Below are positions 13,701 through 26,866 of a DNA stretch of 62,000 bases, piece after piece. The notes beneath the pieces were generated by a model. The model did no database searches. It saw only the letters and a program-made list of their open reading frames with translations, and had not been told where the DNA came from. Position 1 is the stretch's first letter. Every line of letters begins with the position of its first letter. The DNA lies in the NCBI RefSeq assembly GCF_004010195.1, contig NC_057750.1, positions 3,711,450 to 3,773,449 on the forward strand, read 5' to 3'. Made by a program: the position numbers and the translations under genes. Source of the stretch: Chiloscyllium plagiosum. Its lineage: Eukaryota.

Positions 13701-16465
13701 GCGTCCACTTGAAGAGTCCAAGAAAGCTTATTGTGGATGACTACTCCCAGGAACTTGACACTGTCCACTCGTTCCACCTCTGTCCTGTTAATGTGTAGGT
13801 GGGCATGAGTAACATCCCGCTGAAAGTCAATAATTAGTTCCTTGGTTTTGCCGGCATTGTTCTCAGTGCACCATTTTTCAAAGTCTTCCACCTCCCATCT
13901 GTAATCTGTTTTGTCACCATCTGAGATTCGACAGACTATGGTGGTGTCATCAGCAAACTTGTAAATGGCATTAGTCTGGTATTTGGCAACGCAGTCATGG
14001 GTATACAGTGAGTACAGTAGGGGGCTGAGTACACACCCCTGGGGGGCTCCAGTGTTAAGTGTTAATGAGGATGAATTATTGTCCCCAATCTTCACTGACT
14101 GTGGCCTGTAGGTCAGGAAACTGAGGATCCAGTTGCAGAGAATGGGGCTTAGTCCGAGATCACTAAGTTTAGTAATCAGTCTCGAGGGGATAATAGTGTT
14201 GAAGGCTGAACTGTACTCAATGAGTAGGATTCTTACGTAGCTGTTCTTGATGTTAAGATGTTCTAGGGAGGAGTGAATGGCAAGTGATATGGTATCTGAT
14301 GTGGATCTGTTGGTCTGATAGGCAAATTGGAGTGGGTCAAGAGTATTAGGGAGGCTGGAGTTGATTAATGCCATGACCAGTCTTTCAAAGCATTTCGTGA
14401 CCACCAAAGTTAGGGCCACTGGGCGATAGTCATTGAGACCTGCTGCATGAGCCTTCTTAGGCACAGGGATGATGTTGGCCCCTTGAATCAGGCAGGGACA
14501 GTGGCCTGCTGCAGAGAGAGTTTGAAGATGTCCGAGAAGACCTCTGCCAGCTGTTCTGCGTATGCTCTGAGTGTATGGCCTGGTACTCTGTCTGGCTCCA
14601 TCGCTTTCCTTAGATTTACACGAAGGAAAACTGATCTGACCCCTGATACAGTTACTGTTGGGAAAAGTTTGTCAGCAGTTGTCAGAATAGGTGTTACCTC
14701 TCCATCGAAATTCTGCTCAAAGCGAACATAGAAGTCGTAGAGACGATCTGGGACGGATATGTTATCATCTGCTATCTTGCACTATCTCTTTTTAGAACCT
14801 GTGATGTCATTCAATCTTGCCATAGTTGCCAGGTGTCTGTCTGGGTCTCTAATTTGGATCAGTATTGGTCCTTGCCTGTCTTTATGGCTCTGCGAAGGTC
14901 ATACTTGGATTCCTTATACTTGAGTGAGTCTCCTGATCTTAAGCAGGTTTTTAGCAGGTTCTGTATGCCCTGATTTATCCAGGGTTTCTTGTTGGGGAAC
15001 ACCCGGATTGACTTCCTCAGTATGCAGTCCTCCACACACTTGCTGATAAAGTCTGTGATAGTGGTGACGTACTCGTCCAAGGTACCCGCAGACTGTTTGA
15101 ACACGGCCCAATCAGCCGATTCCAGACAGCACCGGAGTTGATCCTGTGCCTCCTCTGACCAGGACTGGACCTGTATCCGCGAGGGGAGTTCTCTAGCTTG
15201 AGCTTTTGCCTGTAAGCTGGGAGAAGAACCACTGCATTTCCAAATTGAGGGCAGGGGATGGAGCGGTAGGCATCCTTCACAGTGGTCTAAAATGTTCAGG
15301 CCCTTGGTGGGGCAGGTAATGTTCTGGTGGTACTTGGGCAACACTTTCCTTAGATTGGCTTGATTGAAGTGGCCAGTCACAATAAACAGGGCCTCAGGGT
15401 GTTCCATCTCCAGGGTGTTAGTGGTGGAGTACAGCACATCCAGAGCTTCCTCAAGCTTTGCTTGTGGCGGTATGTACTCAGCAGTTAGTAATAGCAGCGG
15501 GAAATTCCTGTGGTAGATAGAAGGGGCGGCATTTGATGGTGAGGAGTTCAAGGTTTGGGGAGCAATGGCTGCCCAGGGTTGCCACATCCATGCACCACAA
15601 GTTGTTGATTAAAAAGCAAGCCCCTCCACCTCTTGTCTTACCCGATGATGCCGTACAGGCCATAAGATGGGTAGAAAAACCATCAGCCTGAAGTGCGCAG
15701 TTGGGAATGGATAGGTTGAGTCAGGTTTCTGTGTTAAATACAATGTTAACAACAGGATTCTTGGTGGTGTGGAGGAACAGTGGGATTTTGAGTCCATGTA
15801 CATAGATCCCTCAAATTTGCCACCCAAGTTGATGGGGTTGTTAAGAAGGCAAATGGTGTTTTGGCTTCCATTAACAGAGTAATTGAGTTTAAGAGCCCCA
15901 AGGTTTTGCTGCAGTTCTATTAAATGCTCGTTAGATCACACTTGGAATATTGTGTCCAGTTCTGGTCATCTCATGGTAGGAAGGATGTAGATGCTTCAGA
16001 GAGGATGCAGAGGAGATTTACCAGGATGCTCCTGGATTGCTCGGCATGTCTTATGAGAGAGGTTGAGTGATAGGACATTTCACACTGCAGAGAAGAAGCA
16101 AGAGAGGTGACTTGATAGAGGTGTACAAATAATGAGAGGCATAGCTAGAGTAGATAGCCAAGAGACTTTTCCCTAGGGCAGAAATAGCTGAGAATGAGGG
16201 GTCATAATTTTAAGGTGGTTGGAGGAAGGTTTCGGGGAGATGTCAGATATAGGTTCTTTACACAGAGAGTGGTGGGTGCGTGGAATGCACTGCCAGCAGT
16301 GGGAGTAGAGTCAGGGACATTAGGGACATTCAAGTGACTGCTGGACAAGCACATGGATGGCAGTAAAGTGAGGGGTGTATAGGTTAGATTAATTTTAGTT
16401 TAGGATAAATGCTTGGCACAGCATCATGGGCTGAAGGGCCTATGCTGTGCTGTACTGTTCTATGT
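10790..16465 (+). mobile_element. Long degenerate CR1 LINE (ORF1 C-terminus, APE, RT, 3'UTR), split by a Rex1/Babar insertion
   Basis: SVWVEVSNKKG..YRPP..VMGDFNFPNIDW; LDFSKAFDKVPH; WIQNWLAERRQRVVVDG; frame NAEY|NVNNRILG rejoins across 13143/15742; tail ends CTGTACTGTTCTATGT. Confidence 0.92.
13144..15731 (-). mobile_element. Rex1/Babar-type non-LTR retrotransposon (APE + RT + C-terminal domain), frameshifted
   Basis: [94 protein letters not shown] near the 3' end; imperfect 10-bp TSD TGCTGAATAC / TGTTAAATAC. Confidence 0.9.
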
Positions 16466-16759
16466 AGGGGAAAGAGATTATCACAGAGTCCCGCACAAAT
16501 AAATAAGAAAAAGAAGAAGGATAAGAGATATATATTGTCAGATACAGACTTTCCTCTACTGACATTGGAAGAAAGGTAATCGTCTGCATAGTGGTAAGGA
16601 CAGGACACCAGGGATTAACTCAGAGGAGAAAGAAGTGCATTATAAAAAGACACCATCTGAAAAGAAAAATGAAACCAAACTGTAATTTGTTAGAGCTCAC
16701 TGAGAGACACTTTAGCAGAAAAACACATCTAATTGCCATTTGTATATTTGTGGAACAGT

Positions 16760-16900
16760 TTGGCAGCTGGAGTCAGGCGGTTTTGTGGTTTTGCGGCTTG
16801 TGGTAGTTTGGGAACCCATTGGCAGTGGAGAGATTCCCGAGCAGACTCTTGGCCCCCAGCTGGCCCATCTCCCAGGGGAGCCCAGGAATCTGACCACGAT
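16760..16900. promoter_or_regulatory. Candidate lymphoid/haematopoietic enhancer (RUNX, E-box, EBF, Ikaros/RBPJ motif cluster)
   Basis: Seen: CAGCTG 16764 and 16857; GGCGGTT 16776, TGTGGTTT 16784, TGCGGCT 16792, TGTGGTA 16799; TTGGGAA 16808; TCCCAGGGGA 16870; GC-rich block in AT-rich flanks. Function is inference. Confidence 0.55.
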
Positions 16901-19299
16901 CAGGAGACACAAGAGGCAGTTTAACTAATTGAATATTAAATAAATAAAACAAATTGGAAAGAAATTAACTTATCTCCCAAAAAACATATTTTATTTATTT
17001 ATATATGTTTTTGTAGTTCTAATTTTAAGGGTTTTTTATTCCGTGTGTGTAATTTACTAAGTGACTAAATCATTAACTCTGCCTTAAATTTGCATCCCTG
17101 AGCAATGTGTGAAGTTGATGAATACTTGAACATACTTGAAATATACTGAGTTTCTTTCTCTAGCCCTTCAGCCAACTGTGAACTACTGTGGGTGTGTGAG
17201 TTAGTGTATGAGCTGAGGCAGTTGAGCCCAAAGCAAAAGTTTGGTCAGAGCTAGGAGTTAAGAAATGTCTTGAAAGAAATGGAAGTGACTGAGAGACATG
17301 GCGAGATAATTTTAGAATGTAGCTGAGAGACTGCTGTAGGCATTTTCACCAATAATGAGGTAAAGGATACAGAAGCACACAAGATGAGTCAAACAATTGT
17401 GATCAGAAATGGACCTTGTGGTATGTTATTAAATCCATTTGATAAACTAGAAAAGATTTCTGAGCTTCAGGCCGTGCTGTGATCAGAACTTTTACGAGAA
17501 TATCTGAAGCTGGTCATCATACAAATCCCTCAAGACAGTAACAGCAGTTAGGGAACTTATTGTACTTAACCATGGTCATGGAATTACGCCAATATTGATT
17601 CTGATTATGTGGTGTGATCCGACTGAGATCAGCTAACTTGGAGCAGAACCCTGAACTAAACTGGTCTTTATTTTTTTTAAGATAGACTGTGCATTTACTC
17701 ACTGAGTCATTGAAGGGGCTGCTAACCCATAACTTTAAAATATTACACAATGACAGGAAACGTTATGGGTAAAATTCAGTGTGATGTGATAAAATACTCA
17801 AAATTAAATTAAAAAATGAGCCAGCTCTGTGTATGAGAAAAGGTAAAGGAGATAGAAACCAAGTCAAAAGAAAAAGATTGGATTTTTAGAAACCTTCATT
17901 TACAGTAAACACAAGACTAAAGTCACTATTGACTAATCAATTTTCTTTGTATACAACCTATATTTTAAACCACAGATCAGAAGTTTTATCTCCTTTATGT
18001 TTCGCACAACTGAGAAAGCAAACTTCACAGGTATATTTTACACTGCCCTTTAATTCAATTCTGGCAGAAATCATTCCAAAGTGATTCTTAGTTCTCAATG
18101 GTTTACATCTGTTCTTCTCTTTCTCAGTTTGGGAACTTGTAATTCCAGTACTTTCTTTCACAGTGACATTTTGCCCTTCCCATCACCCACCAGTTTCCTG
18201 GAGAGGTTTCCTCGAGTGCATACGAGGCAAATCTTCCAGCCTTGCTCTAAATCTGCAGCAATTTGGTCTTCACAATCCAAGCATGAGCTTCTACCTACAT
18301 TCTGGCCTATGAAAAAATGAGACTTTCATCCTCTAGCTTTTCTCTCTCTGTCTCCTAGATACTGGGAGACTATGTACTTTACAGAAATATCTTAGAAACT
18401 TTCCTCTCTCAAAATGAATTTCAATGGCGACATGAATCATGTGAACTTTGTATCTATTTTGCACTCCTTAACAGCCCAACTCACTTCCATTTTAGAACTC
18501 AAAATTATCCATTAAGTAGAGCTAAATAAATCTGGAATAAGAAACTGGAATCAGTAAAGTGATCATGAAGGTAAAATATTTCTTTTTTTTAAATGGTCCT
18601 TTAAGGAAAGAAACAATACCCAGTTTGAGCAGCCAAACCATTCCCATAGCAAAATGTTTGAAATTTGCTAGTCAGTTGAATCAAATGACAACTCTCAGGA
18701 TTTCACTACAAATATTGACACTCCCAGGGACTCCCTACAAATATTGACATTTTCTCTAAAACATCTGGCAAGTATTGCAGTTTCACCTGTGAAAATCTTT
18801 CTGCAGCACCATTAAATGGTAAGAGGAAAGGTAAAGATACAAAAAGAAATTATGAAGTAAAGTGATATAACTGTGATGACAAGCTCCTGCTGGAAGGCAA
18901 GTGTTGGAATTTGCATTACAAATATTATAGCTTCTGATCATTGCTCCCACCATGTAGCACCATCCAATTGGAAGAATGGAATACCCTCGCTGCCATTCCA
19001 CAGAAATAGGAATGGGGGCTGCTATTTTACATGGATCACATAGAAAAATTATGACAGCAACATAACGTTTCTATAAAAAAAGAGAGAAAACAATGGTAGA
19101 TTCCTTTACCCCAGCTTGCTCCCATTCCCCACCACCTGCAAATACAAGTTCTTCTGTTACTAAATGTAGGGGGAGATGAATGACGAATGGTAACAGTTGA
19201 AAATAGTAGGGTGATGGGAGAAACAAGAAATGGATAAACCTGAACATATAATGTTCAAATGAATTAGTGTCCATCATGGTTAGTTGGTTAGTTTATGTC

Positions 19300-19720
19300 C
19301 ATCAGCTGAATAAGAGGTGGTCTATTCTCAGTTACAGAATCACAGCAGTGTGTGGATCCCATGCTCCCCCAGTACAGCAAGCCCCAAGCTGATATATTAT
19401 GAAGGAATGTGACCACAGATTACATAAATATGCGATGGTATAAAAGCTCTTTTTATTTTCTTAACATTATTGCTACATAAATATTATTTTGTTAATGTGC
19501 CAGCAGTGATTTACTCAGCATGTGTTTGCACAATGCTCTTCACAGCTCACAGGGTTTACTGTGTCGTGTTAATAGCCTAATAAAATGTACAGCTTCAACA
19601 TACAAGGCAATCAGGCAAAGAACTGTGTCTTTTGTAAGAGCTGGATTTGAAAATAAAACTCAAATTTGAGCTGACAGTAATCTATTTTCCATCCATCTTA
19701 TTCTCCCTGCTACCGTTTCA
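19300..19720. promoter_or_regulatory. TE-free, CNE-like block
   Basis: No repeat or ORF signal; contains TGACCACA (RUNX), TGTTTGC/TAAATA (forkhead-like) and TGACAG (MEIS). Conservation not verifiable here. Confidence 0.3.
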
Positions 19721-19972
19721 TGGAGCCTAATAGAACATTTGCTTGGCAAAATTAACATAATGCAATAACCACAAAGGAGGCAACTGACTCCATGGTACTT
19801 GCATCACCCAATTCCATAAAACCTCTCCCTGCTTTTTCCCCACATTCCTGCAGATTTTAAATGCATTATTTAAAGGGGACTCTATTGGAACCTTCTTGTG
19901 AAGAAGGTGAAGTGAAGATTTCATTTCTTTGCTCAAAAAAATCCCATGTGAGATTTCACACTGTACAATCTG

Positions 19973-20046
19973 CCCAAAATGTTGACTCTCCTGCTCCTCG
20001 GATGCAGCCTGACCTACTGTGCTTTGTCAGCGCCACAACTTTTGAC
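19973..20046 (+). mobile_element. Short PLE family A terminal fragment
   Basis: Matches family A terminus; 9-bp direct repeat TACAATCTG at 19964-19972 and 20047-20055. Confidence 0.7.
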
Positions 20047-20639
20047 TACAATCTGGGCACACACCTAGGCTGGCAGTGGTGTGCGGCACTTCCAATGCCT
20101 GCCTTCAGGCAAAATACTAAACTGAAGTCCAGCCTTTTTGTTTAATGTATGTTAAAGCATCAAATGAAAGCAGAGAATTGTCCTCATGCCCTGATAATAT
20201 TTGGTCATTTGTTTTCATTTGTGGAACCATATTCTGTACAAATTAACTGTGATATTTATCTATATCTACACTTGACAGCAGTGTATGTCAAATAAACTCT
20301 TTGGGAGCTATCTTTAACTTAGCTCACTGAGTGGAAATCCTACTTGATCAAGTTGGCTGCGGGCTTCACACTCCATGTACTCTCCACTTTCTGCAACGCA
20401 GAGTAAACTCAGACAGGTGTAAAGCCATCACTTGATTCTAATTGTTTCTCGCCAGTGGGTAATTGGGTTAGAATTGTGCTTCTTTCTTCTGAAGTGAGAT
20501 TGTGCTGCACACAGCAGGCTGGTCCAGTGTCTAAATCCCGTTTAGAGAGATGCCCGGACTCGACCATGCTAGTAGATGTTACTTTGATTTTTACAGAATA
20601 ATACTTCTTTGTCTGGGTGAGAAATTTTCTTTTGTTTGT

Positions 20640-21670
20640 TTTTATTAATTATTCATTTGTGGGATGTGGGATCACTGGCTGCGCCAGCATATATTGCCCC
20701 TCCCTAGTTTCCTTGAGCAGATGGTAGTGAGCTGCCTTCTTGAGTCACTGTAGTCCACCTGCTGTGGGTTGACCACAATGCCAGTGGAGAGGGAATTCCA
20801 GGATTTTGACCCAGCGACAGTGAAGAAGCAGTGATATATTTCCTAGTCAAGATGGTGGGTGGCTTGGAGGGGTACTTAAAGGTAGTGGTGTTCCCATATA
20901 TCTGCTGCCCTTGTCCTTCTGGATGAAAGTGGTTATCTGTTTGGAAGGTGCTGTCTGAGGATCTTTGGTGAATTTCTGCAATGCATCTTATAGATATTAC
21001 ACACTGCTGCTATTGAGGGTCGATGGTGGAGGAAGTGGATGCGGTGCCAATCAAGTTGGCTGCTTTGTCTTGGATGGTGTCAACCTTTCTGAATGTTATT
21101 GGAACTGCACTCATCCAAGACAGTGGGAGTATTCTATCACACTCCTGACCTGTGCCTTTTAGATAGTGGATAGGCTTTGGGGAGCCAGGAGGTGAGTTAC
21201 TTGCTGCAGTAATCCAGCTTCTGACTTGCTCTTGTAGCTTCTGTGTTTATGTGGTGAGTCCAGTTGAGTTACTGGTCAAGGATGACTCCCAGGATATTGC
21301 TTGTGGGGGATTCAGTGACGTTAACACCATTGAATGTCAAGGGGTGGTGGTTAGATGGTCTCTTATTGGTGATGGTCGTAGCCTGGTATTTGTGTGGTAC
21401 AAATATTACTTGCCACTTGTCAGCCCAATCCTGGATATTGTTGCATTTGAACATGGACTGCTTCAGTATCTGAGGAGTCGTGAATGGTGCTAAACAATGT
21501 GCAATCATCAGGGAACATCCCCACTTCTCACCTTATTGTGGATGGAGGGTCATTGATGAAGCAGCTGAAAGATGAAGAACTCCTACAGAAATGTCCTGGA
21601 GCTGAGATGACTCATCTCCAACAAACACAACCATCTTCCTATGTGTTAGGCATGATTCCAACCACCAGAG
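20640..21670 (-). mobile_element. CR1/L2-group LINE 3' portion (family B)
   Basis: IQDWADKWQVIFVPHKYQATTITNKRPSNHHPLTFNGV..NILGVILDQ; 3' tail at ~20640-20700. Confidence 0.85.
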
Positions 21671-22559
21671 AGTGGTTGGAGAACTTTGTCAAAGTCCCAC
21701 TTCAGGGTCTTCAGCACATCTAGGCCACCATTGCCAGTGCCATGCTGAGAAAATGTTCATCAGAAGAAATTCCACTTTTGCATCTACCTGCACCAACATC
21801 CTGACCAAAGTTTTTCCCACAATTGACATTGCTAAAACTGATGTGGTCATTATTTCACTGTTGCTTGTGGATCAGTGCTGTGCCCAAATTGGAGGGTTGT
21901 GAATCTTTTAAACCTCTCTTCCCCAGAGCGCATTGAAAGTAGAATCATTGTCTAGTTTTCAGTCTGAGGTTGATTGATTCTTGACTAACAAAGGGGTCAC
22001 TGGTTATCAGGATGGGTTAGAATGTGGAGTTGTGGTCACAATCTGATCAACCATTTTCTTATTCAATGTCAGAGTAGGCTCAAGGTACTATTAACCTGCT
22101 CCACCTCTTAACTCATATGTCAGTAAGTTGCTGTATTTCTCTACATTGCAACTCTGGAATGGTGAAAGGATTCTATTCTGGCAGGAGCTGGCTCATGAGA
22201 AATGGAGAGAAAGCAGGATCAGTAAATAAATAAAAAGGCACCTTTTAAAGAGGAAGCTATTGTTAGGATGTTTTCTAGTGAAGGAATTGCCAGCAACATC
22301 TGATTACAGGAGTCCTCCTATTCCATCCCTCTCATCTTCAAAACACTGTTCAACGATAGCCACACATTCTGCATACAAGAACAGTATGTCTTTCACATAG
22401 ACAGACAGTGTGCACTTACTTAAATGCAAAGTTATTACATATTTATGCACATAATATGCAACACACATCTAAACAAACACATATGCATTCACACATATTT
22501 TCCTTTAGCGGCTTTCACCACGTGTATAAATGCTTCAGATTTGACAAGTGACAGCAAAT

Positions 22560-23100
22560 TACAAATTAATGAAATTAATGAAAAAATGAAAAAAATTAAC
22601 AGACTGAGATTAATGTGTTACAATTATTGAGAGAAAGTGTTGGTAGGGGGGCCGTCAGTTGCCTACTCAAATTTTTACTGCAAATTCCATGTCCTTGGGT
22701 GTCAGGGCTGATGAATGTGGCTGCGAAATCTATCATACCTCACTGTGAGCCACGTACATAAAAATATCAATAGAAGCTTTATGTATGAGTTAGTGCGGTG
22801 TTTATGTCACTGCTGAGGACAATGCTGAATTCATCTCAGCAACTGTTCAGACCCCAAAAAAATTCTGCTAACGTGTGAGTAAGTTTAACAAATTAACTGA
22901 TTGATGCATCGGCATTAGCCATGCAACAGCCCTAACAAGCCAAGGTCAAAATATCAGCCACCAAGGGATAGGGTGAACATAACCTTCTGTGTAGCCACTG
23001 ACTGCCTGAGGTCTACATAAATGCCAGCAGCCTGTCACTCAACAACATCTGTAATTACTCTACCATGGAAAGAGCTTGTGGGATTAACAAAAAATTAAAT
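22560..23100. promoter_or_regulatory. TE-free, CNE-like block with PBX-HOX/MEIS-type motifs
   Basis: Seen: TGATTGAT ~22898, CTGTCA ~23032, CATAAAA ~22757, many TAAT/ATTA; no TE or ORF similarity recognised. Confidence 0.35.
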
Positions 23101-23489
23101 CATTTTTTTCCAAAATAAATTGTGGAATAGGACACAAGGGATTCACACCCTTCAAGTATAACATGAGTAGTGTTTTTGTAACATAGCAGCCAAGCCAGGG
23201 TCTGGAGCAGAGCCTGATTCCTTTAAGATTGTGACTCATAGGACTTCAGCTTGGTGTCAAACCTGAGAAATTACTATCCTGCTTCTGCAGAGCACAGAGA
23301 CTCAATGTTTTAAGCATTTAGGCAATTAAAAAATAAATAAATAGCCTTTTTTTTAAAAACGTAAGTGCTTACAGTAGCTGTGTATGAAGCTTATTTGAGC
23401 TCTCGGCAAGGGTGACAAGTTTTATTGATGGCACATTCTGCCTTTTTAAAGGAGCCCTGAATTATTGAAACATATTGGGGTAGAAAGGA

Positions 23490-23955
23490 TTTACAAAGAT
23501 GTTGCCAGGGTTGAAGTATTTGAGCTATAGGCAGAGGCTGAACAGGCTGGGGCTGTTTTCCCTGGAGCGTCGGAGGTTGAGGGGTGACCTTATAGTGGTT
23601 TACAAAATTATGAGGGGCATGGATAGGGTAAATAGACAAAGTTTTTTCCCTGGGGTTGGGGAGTCCAGATCTAGAGGGCATAGGTTTAGGGTGAGAGGGG
23701 AAGGATATAAAATAGACTTAAGGGGCAACTTTTTCACACATGTACGTGTATGGAATGAGCTGCCAGAGGAATTGGTGGAGGCTGGTACAATTGCAACATT
23801 TCAGAGACATTTGGATGGGTATATGAATAGGAAGGGTTTGGAGAGATATGGGCCGGGTGTTGGCAGGTGGGACCGGATTGAGTTGGGATATCTGGTCGGC
23901 ATGGACAGGTTGGACGCAAGGGTCTGTTTTCAGGCTGTACATCTCTATAACTCTA
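23490..23955 (+). mobile_element. CR1 (HER1-type) 3' fragment
   Basis: LGLFSLERRRLRGDLIVVYKIMRG..WNELPEELVEAGTI, followed by the CR1 3'UTR. Confidence 0.9.
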
Positions 23956-24471
23956 GAGGACTGAGATGTTTACACAAATACAATGGTTAGAAATGATGAT
24001 TAGAAATGTCTTGTGCCTGATGTGGCTCTGTAGGCTCTGAGTCAGAATTTTGTGAGTTCAATCCCCAGTGCAGCCTGAATTAAATCTGAATTACACTTCA
24101 AAAATAATCTATTGATAGTAACACACTTTGGGACATTGCATGATAATGAAAGAGTTTGTGTAACTGCAAGTCTCTTAATTCCTCTTGTTCTTGGGAAATG
24201 AAACCTCCTGCTTATTACCATGTAGACCCACCCCCTCATGTGATCAATCAGCATGCCTCCTTATTGAACAGCCCTTGGAGGAAGCTCTGAGGGTGGCAGA
24301 ATGTACTCTGGATGGAGGACTTCAATGTCCACCACCAAGAGTGGCTCAGGAGCACTACTACTGACAATGTCCTAAAGGACATCGCTGCTAGACTGGGTCT
24401 GCAGCAAGTGGTGAGGGAACCAACAAGAAGGAAAGCGACCTGTTTGCTGCAGTTGTATCTGTCCATGACAG

Positions 24472-25044
24472 GAGGGGACGAGACTGTCACACTCCTCCTT
24501 CTGGAATGTGCCTATGCAAAGAGGAATGCAGTGATGTTTGTCGAGGTTTGTCCTGAGCAGCTCTGTGACACGGGACTCCATGCTCTACGGCCTGTTCCCC
24601 GGGACACACACCGAGACGAACATCAACTGTGCCTGGAGGATCATCAACTCGGTCAAATACGCTCTTTGGTCTGTCCGAACCCTGTTGATCTTCCAGCTGA
24701 AGGAGTTGACCCTGACTGAGTGTTGCAGACTGGCACATTCCAAGGTCCAGGACTACGTGTTGAGGGACGCGCTGAAGCTTGGAGCAGCTGCCGCCAAGGC
24801 ACAGTGGGGAAAGAACACCGTGTAAGGCCTGCCTGCCTAAGAAGAACAGGGGGCCCACTCAGAAATTGACCATCCAGATATTTTGCTGAGACGTCAGCGG
24901 GGCCCAGTGTACAGACTTGTATATACGAATGATTAATTCCGATCTCTGTGAAGAAATGCAATGTGTGCATAAGAATGGCATGACCAATTGTATAGATATC
25001 AAAATAATTTTATGAATAAAGTATATTTTTGAAATTAAAAAAAA
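24472..25044 (+). mobile_element. 5'-truncated Tx1/L1-clade retrotransposon with poly(A) tail and TSD
   Basis: GGDETVTLLLLEC zinc-knuckle remnant and C-terminus LYGLFPGTHTETNINCAWRIINSVK..VQDYVLRDALKLG (stop at 24825); AATAAA 25015-25020; A-tail; exact 15-bp TSD ATCTGTCCATGACAG at 24457-24471 and 25045-25059. Confidence 0.88.
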
Positions 25045-26794
25045 ATCTGTCCATGACAGTATTGGTAAGAGCGACCGCACACAGTCTTTGTGGAAACAAA
25101 ATCCCATCTTCATATTGAGAATGCCTCTGTTGTGTTGGCACTATCACCATGCCAAATAGGACAGACTTCAAACAGATCTAGCAACTCAAGACTGGGTATC
25201 CATGAGGCACTGAGGGCCATCATGAGCAGCAGAATTGTACTCCATCACAATATACAAAAGCATGGCCTAGCATATCCCCCATAGAACCATTAACATCAAG
25301 CCAGGGAATAAACCCTGCAGGAGCAGCAGCACCAGTCACACTAAAATGCGGTGTCAACCTGCTGGAGCTATAAAATAGCACTAGTTGCATGTAAAACAAT
25401 ATTAGCAGCAAGTAATAAACAAAGCTAAGTGATTCCACAACCAGATCAGATCTATGCTCTGCAGTCCTACCACATTGAGTTATGAATGATGGTGGACACA
25501 TGCTTAATTGCTGGATGAGGAGGCTCCATAAACCTCCCCATCCTCAATAAAGGAGGTGCCCAGCACATCAGTGTAAAAGATAAAGGTTGAAGCATTTGTA
25601 ATAATCTTCCACCAGAAGTGTTGAGTGGATTATCCATCTCAGCCCCCTGCAGAAGTCTCCAGCATCACAAATGCTAGTCTTCAAACAATTCGATTCACTC
25701 CCTGCGATATCAAGAAATATTTGGAGGCACTGGATACTACAAAGGCATTAAACACTGATAACATTCTGGCAATAGTCGACTTGTGCTCCAGAACTTGCTG
25801 TACCCCACTGTTCCAGTACAGCTACAACACTGGTAATCTACCCAAACATATGGCTGATTGCCCAGTTATGTCTTGTACACAAAGAGGGCAGGACAAATCC
25901 AACCCAGCCAATTGCCATCCAATCAATCTATGCTCGATCACCAGTATAGTTCTGGATGTTGTCATTAACAATGCTATCAAGCAGCATTTGCTTAGTAATA
26001 ATTTCAGGTTGGATTCTGCCAGGGCCATTCAGTTCCTGATCTCATTGAAGCTTTGGTCCAGATATAGACAAAAGAGCAGAATTCCAGAGGTGAGATGAGA
26101 CTGGCTGCCCTTGATATCAAGGTTACATTTGACCAAGTGTGGTATGAAGGAGCCCTAGGTCAGTGGAATTCAGGAGGAAGACTGTCTGCTGGTTGGAGTT
26201 CTTGGCACAAAAGAAGATGATGTGGCTGTTAAACCTCAGTCATCTCAGTTTCATGACATCTCTGCAGGAGATCCCAGAGTAGAGTAGTGTCCTTGGCCCA
26301 ACCATCTTCAACTAATTCATCAATGACCTTCCCTCAATTATAAGGTCAGAAGTGAGAATGATCACTGATGATTGCACAATTCGGTACCATTCACAACTTC
26401 TCAGATACTGAAGCAATCCATTCCCAAACACAACCAAACCTGGAAAATGCCCAGGCTTGGACTGACAAATGGTAAGTAACATTCACACCACAGGAGGTGC
26501 CTGGCAATGACAATCTATAACAAGAGTGTCTAATCATCACCCTTTGACATTCAATGGCATCACCATCACAGAATTCTGAACTACCAACATCCTGGGGGTT
26601 ACCATTGACCAGAAACTGAACTGGATTAGTCACACAAATACTGTAGCTAGAAGGGCAAGTCAGAGGCTAGGAATCTGCAGTGAACAACTCACCTTCTGAC
26701 ACCCCAAAGTCTAACCACCATCTACAAGGCACAACTCAAGAAGTGTGATGGAATATTCCCCACTTGACTAGATGAATGCAGTTCCAAAAACACT

Positions 26795-26866
26795 CAAGAA
26801 ACTTGACACCATCCAGAACAAGAAACTTGACACCATCCAGAACAAGAAACTTGACACCATCCAGAA
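26795..26866 (+). repeat. 3 x 24-bp exact tandem repeat inside LINE
   Basis: CAAGAAACTTGACACCATCCAGAA three times. Confidence 0.95.

Noticed and set aside
17400..17525. Minus-strand ATGATGA...CTGA, possible C/D snoRNA
   Set aside because: Terminal stem out of register, no rRNA/snRNA antisense element recognised, no flanking exons found.
26795..26866. 24-bp direct repeats as CRISPR-like array
   Set aside because: No spacers, eukaryotic LINE context; simple tandem slippage.
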